10,528 nucleotides of DNA from contig NZ_VJXY01000099.1 of NCBI RefSeq assembly GCF_014831675.1, forward strand, positions 1-10,528, in the 5' to 3' direction. The notes below the pieces were generated by a model. The model searched no databases, had not been told where the DNA came from, and saw nothing but the letters and a program-made list of their open reading frames with translations. This document shows, piece after piece, positions 6,107 through 10,528 of this stretch. A program made the position numbers and the translations under genes. The first letter of the stretch is position 1; every line of letters begins with the position of its first letter. Source of the DNA: Komarekiella delphini-convector SJRDD-AB1. GTDB lineage: Bacteria > Cyanobacteriota > Cyanobacteriia > Cyanobacteriales > Nostocaceae.

Positions 6107-7550
6107 TCTCACCTCCATGCTGCCAAAACCGCAACTCGGACTTGAAATACCTCTCAGTTTTCTTAGACTCATTGCGCCAGTGATCCCAAGCCACTATCAC
6201 CTCCTCTCCGAAATCCTCTATGACTTCCCCCCTCTCCATATATAAAGTGCGGTAAGGGTCAGCGTGGGCAACAATGGAACCAACTTCAATCAATTCGCAA
6301 TTAGAAGAACCAGATGCGGCAAGACTTTCGTGAGAAACCGTCTGTTCTGCAATTTTGGAGGATTCAGCTTTCTCTAGGGCCGCGATTAGCTCTGTCTGTT
6401 GTGGTGTCAACTCTGCTCTAATGTCCTGCTTGATTACCTCGTACTCTTGCGCCACTGCCCAATAGTCCTGCCAGCTACACCCAGGGTTTAACAACACCCG
6501 TCTAATATCGCTAACCGCCTGTGGCAGCGGTTGCAATTGTTCCGTCCTTATGGCAATCGCCTCTGGTGTAGGACTACTGCCCAAGATTATCGCCGCAGCT
6601 TCCATCGCTTTGGTGTTGTTCATCGCGGTGGCGATCTGCTTCAGTGCCATGCCCATGAGCCGCAGACATTCTTGGGCATTGTCTAGTGGCGGCGAAACTG
6701 CTAGCTCACGCAGATCAATAGTTTCTAAGAGCGCTTGTTTGACCTGCTTGTTTAAAGCTTTGGTTGCCTGCTGGGTCATGGTATTCCCCCACTGCTGGGC
6801 AGGTCGTGATTCTACAGCGTGTTCCAATTCCTGGATACGTTGCTGTAGCTGCTGGTTCTCAATCTCCAACTGCCGGAGCGATTCCATCTCATCCAAACGT
6901 TGCTGCAACTGAATATTTTGCTCTTTCTGTTGCTGGAGTAATTTCTGGTATGCCTCCAGTTGCTCCTTAATTTGTGCTTCGGCTCTGGCAGTAGCCTCTG
7001 CTTGCAAGCCAATCCTCAATTCCTGTTCCAGTCGCTCTAACTCAAGCTTGTGCTGCTCTTTGATTGCTGCGACGTTTTCAATATTTTCAGGAACCAATGG
7101 TTCCTGAACTTTTTTGCGTAGTGGCAAAGGAACCACTTTTTTGGCAGCAGCGGCAAAGTCCGATTCGCTGGGGGAGGGATTTTCCTCAAGTGCAAGAGCT
7201 ACGGCAGCCTTAAGTTTTTCTGGCTCTTTGGCTAACCGAGCTAGTGAACGGGCTTGGCGCTCATTTTTGATGTGTTCGCCAAATTCCCCGGCAGCCTCAA
7301 TAACCTTATGCGCTCCTAGCAGCTGATTGATCCGCCGATACCCACCCCAAGCAGATAGTTCATGCTGGCAGTATTCTTCAAAGTTGTTATATCCAGCATC
7401 CTTAAATACCTGTTGCGATCGCATAAGGAGAATTTCGTCTACCGCCTGGGACTCGAATCGGTCGATGGCGGTGAAGGTTTCTTTGATATTGCTGTTGATC
7501 ACATCGTAGTCGAGTGCTGTTGTTGGTTCTTCTTTATTTAGTGTCAGCAT
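6102..7550 (-). CDS. Hypothetical protein with putative N-terminal HTH/DNA-binding region, central Q/E/L coiled coil and a small C-terminal beta-rich domain; coupled to the replication gene
   Basis: The ORF is 482 aa. Its ATG lies 2 nt after the TAA of the upstream ORF (minus strand reads ...tcg TAA ct ATG...). FKDAGYNNFEEYCQHELSAWGGYRRINQLLGAHKVIE resembles the HTH region common in ParB/KorB-like plasmid and phage proteins. Residues about 165-250 are heptad-like (QLQQRLDEMESLRQLEIENQQLQQRIQELE). Confidence 0.85.
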   Translation of the reverse strand: MLTLNKEEPTTALDYDVINSNIKETFTAIDRFESQAVDEILLMRSQQVFKDAGYNNFEEYCQHELSAWGGYRRINQLLGAHKVIEAAGEFGEHIKNERQARSLARLAKEPEKLKAAVALALEENPSPSESDFAAAAKKVVPLPLRKKVQEPLVPENIENVAAIKEQHKLELERLEQELRIGLQAEATARAEAQIKEQLEAYQKLLQQQKEQNIQLQQRLDEMESLRQLEIENQQLQQRIQELEHAVESRPAQQWGNTMTQQATKALNKQVKQALLETIDLRELAVSPPLDNAQECLRLMGMALKQIATAMNNTKAMEAAAIILGSSPTPEAIAIRTEQLQPLPQAVSDIRRVLLNPGCSWQDYWAVAQEYEVIKQDIRAELTPQQTELIAALEKAESSKIAEQTVSHESLAASGSSNCELIEVGSIVAHADPYRTLYMERGEVIEDFGEEVIVAWDHWRNESKKTERYFKSELRFWQHGGER

Positions 7551-7552
7551 AG

Positions 7553-10528
7553 TTACGAACCCTCCATCGGCAACACCTCTTCTGTTAGCAAGGCATAAAA
7601 CTCCGGTACTACCTGCTCCAAAGAGCGCAGTTCATTCGCCGCTAGAGCCTCCAATTCCAGCACCGCCTGCCAGCGCAAATCAGATGTCCAGCGTTTAAGG
7701 ATGCCTTTAATCGCATCTACCCCTTTAGCAATGCCATCTCTAAGCGTTTGCACACAGTCGAGTAGAGGAGTCGATTCATTGAATTGCGTGGTATCCACCC
7801 CTCCCGATAGGGGGTTCCCTATAGCAATATAGGGGGGGGTGGATACGGGAGAGCTATTCGGCTCAATCCCGTACTCAGTCTGGATTTTAGCTTGATAATA
7901 GAAGGAATTGGCGCTCAATTCCCGTTTGTTTTGGCGATGAGCCATTACTTGTTTTGCAAATTCCAATTCCTCCACAGCAAGCGAATAAATTTTCACCTGC
8001 TCACCGCGTGGCCCCTGCTTGCGGCAAGCTAACTTGAGTCCCAGCTGCTCAAGCATTGTGGCCAGCAACCAAACTGGTTCACAATTACTGGGGATTGTGA
8101 AACCAAGAATTGCTTTAATGTGAGCAGCACAATCAATTGCGATCGCCCTCATATTTAGTAAGTCGCAGTCAGTGGACGTAATTTCGCTTCCGACTACCAA
8201 TTGTTTAAGAATGTGATGCAAACCCAAGTTAAATCTCGCCAACCAATGAGCGGAATAATTACCCCAGTCGAAGCTAAAAGGTAAATTATCCCGTTGGCTG
8301 CGGTCTTTTTGGGTGACAATTGTTGGTGGTGCGGGGTATTGCTGTCCAGTCTTGGGGTCAACAATCGATTCACTTGGTTCAGATAATATGGCCTCAAGAG
8401 AAGCGATCGCTCTAATTAACCGACCGCCGTCATCTAATTCAACCAGTTCGGGCGTAACGGACATCCCGTAGGAATCAAATATGCGAAACTTTTCACATTC
8501 AAAAACTTCCTGGGGTGTCAGGTAATCTTTGCTCTGACGGGCGCGGTATTCACTCAAGGTAATATTGTTAGCCTTGGCAACAGCCGAATAATGGGCAATG
8601 TCCAAAGCCGATGCCGCAACTTTTAGAGATTCTAGAGATTCATGATCATCATCACTGCCCACTGATACTATGGTATTGCCCATCTCCGTAAGCAGCGATC
8701 GCAGATCATCCCGGAGATTATTGAGAGAATAGTGACGGTTAGCTTGAATTTGACAGTAAGCTTCTAGCGCCCAATCTTTCTCTGCTCCCCGTGCTCCTGT
8801 TTTGCGGTCAATTCGCAACAGAAAAGCAGTCATTTCGTTGGTTTGGAGTAATCGCTGTTTGATTTTTGTGGCGTTGGTATCTTTGTAACCAAAGGGAGGG
8901 CGAGGAGCCACCCAAACGTGAAACGGAACTTTGGGGCGATAACGGTAGAGCTGTTGAGCGCATTCGGTTGCCGTTTGGGAAACGCCGTGAAAAACACCAA
9001 ACACCAAATCAAAATGATATTGGGAGATATCTACACCAGTTCCCAAGCTGGGGGAGGTGAGTAAAGCATCGAGGTTTTTGACGGCGTTGGTAATATCTTT
9101 GATGAAAGCAATGTTCTCCTCGCTGCCGGAGTTGTCTGAATGCACAGACCAAATCCGTAATTTTGTGAGTGTAGGAGACGGGGAAGAGTTAGGAGATTCT
9201 TCGCACTTGGAGGAGAGTGATTTTTCAAGTTTCTTGATGAAACGCTTGGAGTCGCTGACCACCATGATTTTCTGTCCTGCCATTAGTGCCGCCGAGATTT
9301 GCGCGACTAGAGCGCTGGAATTATCCCCCTCGTACCAGTGAATAGTGCGTGAGCCATTTCTCCACTCGTTTTTGATGATGTACGGGATTTCCCCTGATGG
9401 ACGCATTGCTCGAAAGAAGTCCACCGTCAGGTCATCCATGTGTGCATCGGCGATGACCACCAATGGCGCATTGTATACTATATATTCCAGTACTTCCAGT
9501 ATTGCGGCGCGATGTGATTTGCAAGTATTACTGTGTAGTAGGTGAGTGAGGTATTGGCAGGCCTCATCAATAAATATGCAGCCGTAGGTGAGAGATTGGG
9601 TATTTAGCTTGTGCAAGCTGTCAATAGTAATGCTCAGAGCTGTGGCTTTGGCTAACCCCACGTAACCAAGTTCTGAATACATGGCAGTCCCCAAGCGTTC
9701 GGCAAGATTTTTCAGGAGATTTACGCGATGACCATTGTTAAGAAATCTTGCTGAAGGATTTTGGTCACGCCACCAGCGCATTAGTTCAGTTTTGCCAGTG
9801 CCCATGTCACTCCATAAAATCACAAGTCCTGCAAACGGAAAGCGGAAAGTAGAGCGACTCTGAGATTTGTATGAATCAACTTCAAGAGAATCTTTTGACT
9901 CCTTGTTGAATTTTTCTTCGATAACAGAAGGAGTAAACAATTTTTCCTTTTCAATCTCATAAAGCTCTGGTACGGATGAACATTCTTCAAGCTCTTTAAT
10001 GCACAAGGCTTGGGAGAGATATTTGACGTTGACTGTCACATCTGGTTTGTACTTACTAAGTCCCCACTTCTTAGCCCGATACGAGCGCTGGTAATCTTTA
10101 AGCGATTTGGCATCATCAATGATCGCGCTCAGTAAGACATTCGCATCTTTATTTCGCGCTACCACAAAATCATCAACGCCTTTCTCTGGCCCCGGCAGTA
10201 ATGCCACTTCGCATTCCCCACCAGCTGCTTCGATTGCTCTACCAGTACGAACCGTTGCCTGAAAAACTGACCAGCGGGTATTTGACCTGGTTTCGTAGTC
10301 AAATAATATAATGAACTTGCGTCCCGCCTGAGCCAATGGTACTAAGTCAGGATGCAACCGTTCATCAAAATCCAGCTTGCCAACTCGCCCGTTCCAAATG
10401 CCGGGGAGTGCTAGAGCTACAAACCCCAGACTTAGTAAGCAAGCGGCCTTCTTCTCACCTTCGCAAAGTATTATTGGTATCTCCGAGTGTGCGATGACCC
10501 ACTCCCAGAAGATCAGCGGATTGAGTCG
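7553..10528 (-). CDS. Large plasmid-type replication protein (N-terminal Toprim/DUF3854-like domain plus P-loop helicase-like NTPase), 5' partial; possibly CyRepA1-like
   Basis: The codon labelled M at 10357 in the ORF track is an internal TTG. The frame stays open for all 57 codons out to position 10528: RLNPLIFWEWVIAHSEIPIILCEGEKKAACLLSLGFVALALPGIWNG. This is a Toprim-type E-G-x-x-K-A signature, followed by FIILFDYE and KGVDDF acidic motifs. Walker A is WSDMGTGKTE (GTGKT at 9788-9802), Walker B is IFIDEA (DE at 9563-9568), and there is a helicase-like TSPSLGTGVDI. Confidence 0.85.
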   Translation of the reverse strand, partial: RLNPLIFWEWVIAHSEIPIILCEGEKKAACLLSLGFVALALPGIWNGRVGKLDFDERLHPDLVPLAQAGRKFIILFDYETRSNTRWSVFQATVRTGRAIEAAGGECEVALLPGPEKGVDDFVVARNKDANVLLSAIIDDAKSLKDYQRSYRAKKWGLSKYKPDVTVNVKYLSQALCIKELEECSSVPELYEIEKEKLFTPSVIEEKFNKESKDSLEVDSYKSQSRSTFRFPFAGLVILWSDMGTGKTELMRWWRDQNPSARFLNNGHRVNLLKNLAERLGTAMYSELGYVGLAKATALSITIDSLHKLNTQSLTYGCIFIDEACQYLTHLLHSNTCKSHRAAILEVLEYIVYNAPLVVIADAHMDDLTVDFFRAMRPSGEIPYIIKNEWRNGSRTIHWYEGDNSSALVAQISAALMAGQKIMVVSDSKRFIKKLEKSLSSKCEESPNSSPSPTLTKLRIWSVHSDNSGSEENIAFIKDITNAVKNLDALLTSPSLGTGVDISQYHFDLVFGVFHGVSQTATECAQQLYRYRPKVPFHVWVAPRPPFGYKDTNATKIKQRLLQTNEMTAFLLRIDRKTGARGAEKDWALEAYCQIQANRHYSLNNLRDDLRSLLTEMGNTIVSVGSDDDHESLESLKVAASALDIAHYSAVAKANNITLSEYRARQSKDYLTPQEVFECEKFRIFDSYGMSVTPELVELDDGGRLIRAIASLEAILSEPSESIVDPKTGQQYPAPPTIVTQKDRSQRDNLPFSFDWGNYSAHWLARFNLGLHHILKQLVVGSEITSTDCDLLNMRAIAIDCAAHIKAILGFTIPSNCEPVWLLATMLEQLGLKLACRKQGPRGEQVKIYSLAVEELEFAKQVMAHRQNKRELSANSFYYQAKIQTEYGIEPNSSPVSTPPYIAIGNPLSGGVDTTQFNESTPLLDCVQTLRDGIAKGVDAIKGILKRWTSDLRWQAVLELEALAANELRSLEQVVPEFYALLTEEVLPMEGS
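7791..7846. repeat. Nested palindrome with a G8/C8 homopolymer inside the replication gene
   Basis: Outer 11-bp perfect arms are GTATCCACCCC (7791-7801) and GGGGTGGATAC (7836-7846). Inside, CCCTATA (7817-7823) can pair with TATAGGG (7828-7834) across a GCAA loop. Alternatively CCCTAT pairs with ATAGGG (7807-7812) across GGTT. The G8 run lies at 7832-7839. Confidence 0.6.

Noticed and set aside
6550-7509. ORF-track entries inside or antisense to the 482-aa gene: plus-strand 6550-6912, 6764-6970, 7114-7326 and 7327-7509, and minus-strand out-of-frame 6812-7012.
   Set aside because: They are shadow frames of a Q/E/L/A-rich coiled-coil gene. Their products are low-complexity Cys/Ser/Ala-rich sequences with no start context. 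The 482-aa frame is far longer and is translationally coupled to the upstream gene.
8194-9545. Short ORFs overlapping the replication gene on both strands: 8194-8397, 8830-9012, 8866-9060, 9031-9228, 9057-9341 and 9345-9545.
   Set aside because: All are nested in the 934+-aa ORF, which carries clear Walker A/B and Toprim-like motifs. None has a recognisable motif or RBS, so they are treated as spurious.

Overview
The DNA looks cyanobacterial: I count 9 copies of the HIP1 octamer GCGATCGC, where a random 8-mer would give about 0.2. The gene content suggests a plasmid or plasmid-derived segment. The plus strand carries a tyrosine recombinase (317-1246), an ambiguous small-ORF region (1477-1953), and a translationally coupled two-gene module. 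That module is a 140-aa protein with a hydrophobic N-terminal helix (2108-2530) and a 1089-aa NB-ARC/TPR STAND NTPase (2527-5796, bacterial NLR-like). The most interesting signal is a 22-residue N/Q/G-rich peptide, ENWQGINIKGG.P.I..N...F. It occurs at the extreme C-terminus of the small protein and again at residues 4-25 of the NTPase. The first 11 codons of the two copies differ only by synonymous changes. This is the layout of NLR-associated amyloid signalling (a Bell-like executioner, a BASS-like motif and an NLR), a candidate abortive-infection or programmed-cell-death module. The NTPase sensor arm is an array of 14 full units plus one degenerate unit of a 126-bp (42-codon) TPR repeat, with very high unit-to-unit nucleotide identity. 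The minus strand carries a large Toprim-like plus P-loop replication protein whose frame stays open to the right window edge (7553-10528, 5' partial). It is coupled to a 482-aa coiled-coil protein with a putative HTH (6102-7550). A short, internally deleted remnant of the replication gene 3' part lies just downstream (5995-6106). I saw no rRNA, tRNA, CRISPR array or transposase. Every functional call comes from motif recognition by eye; no database search was possible.
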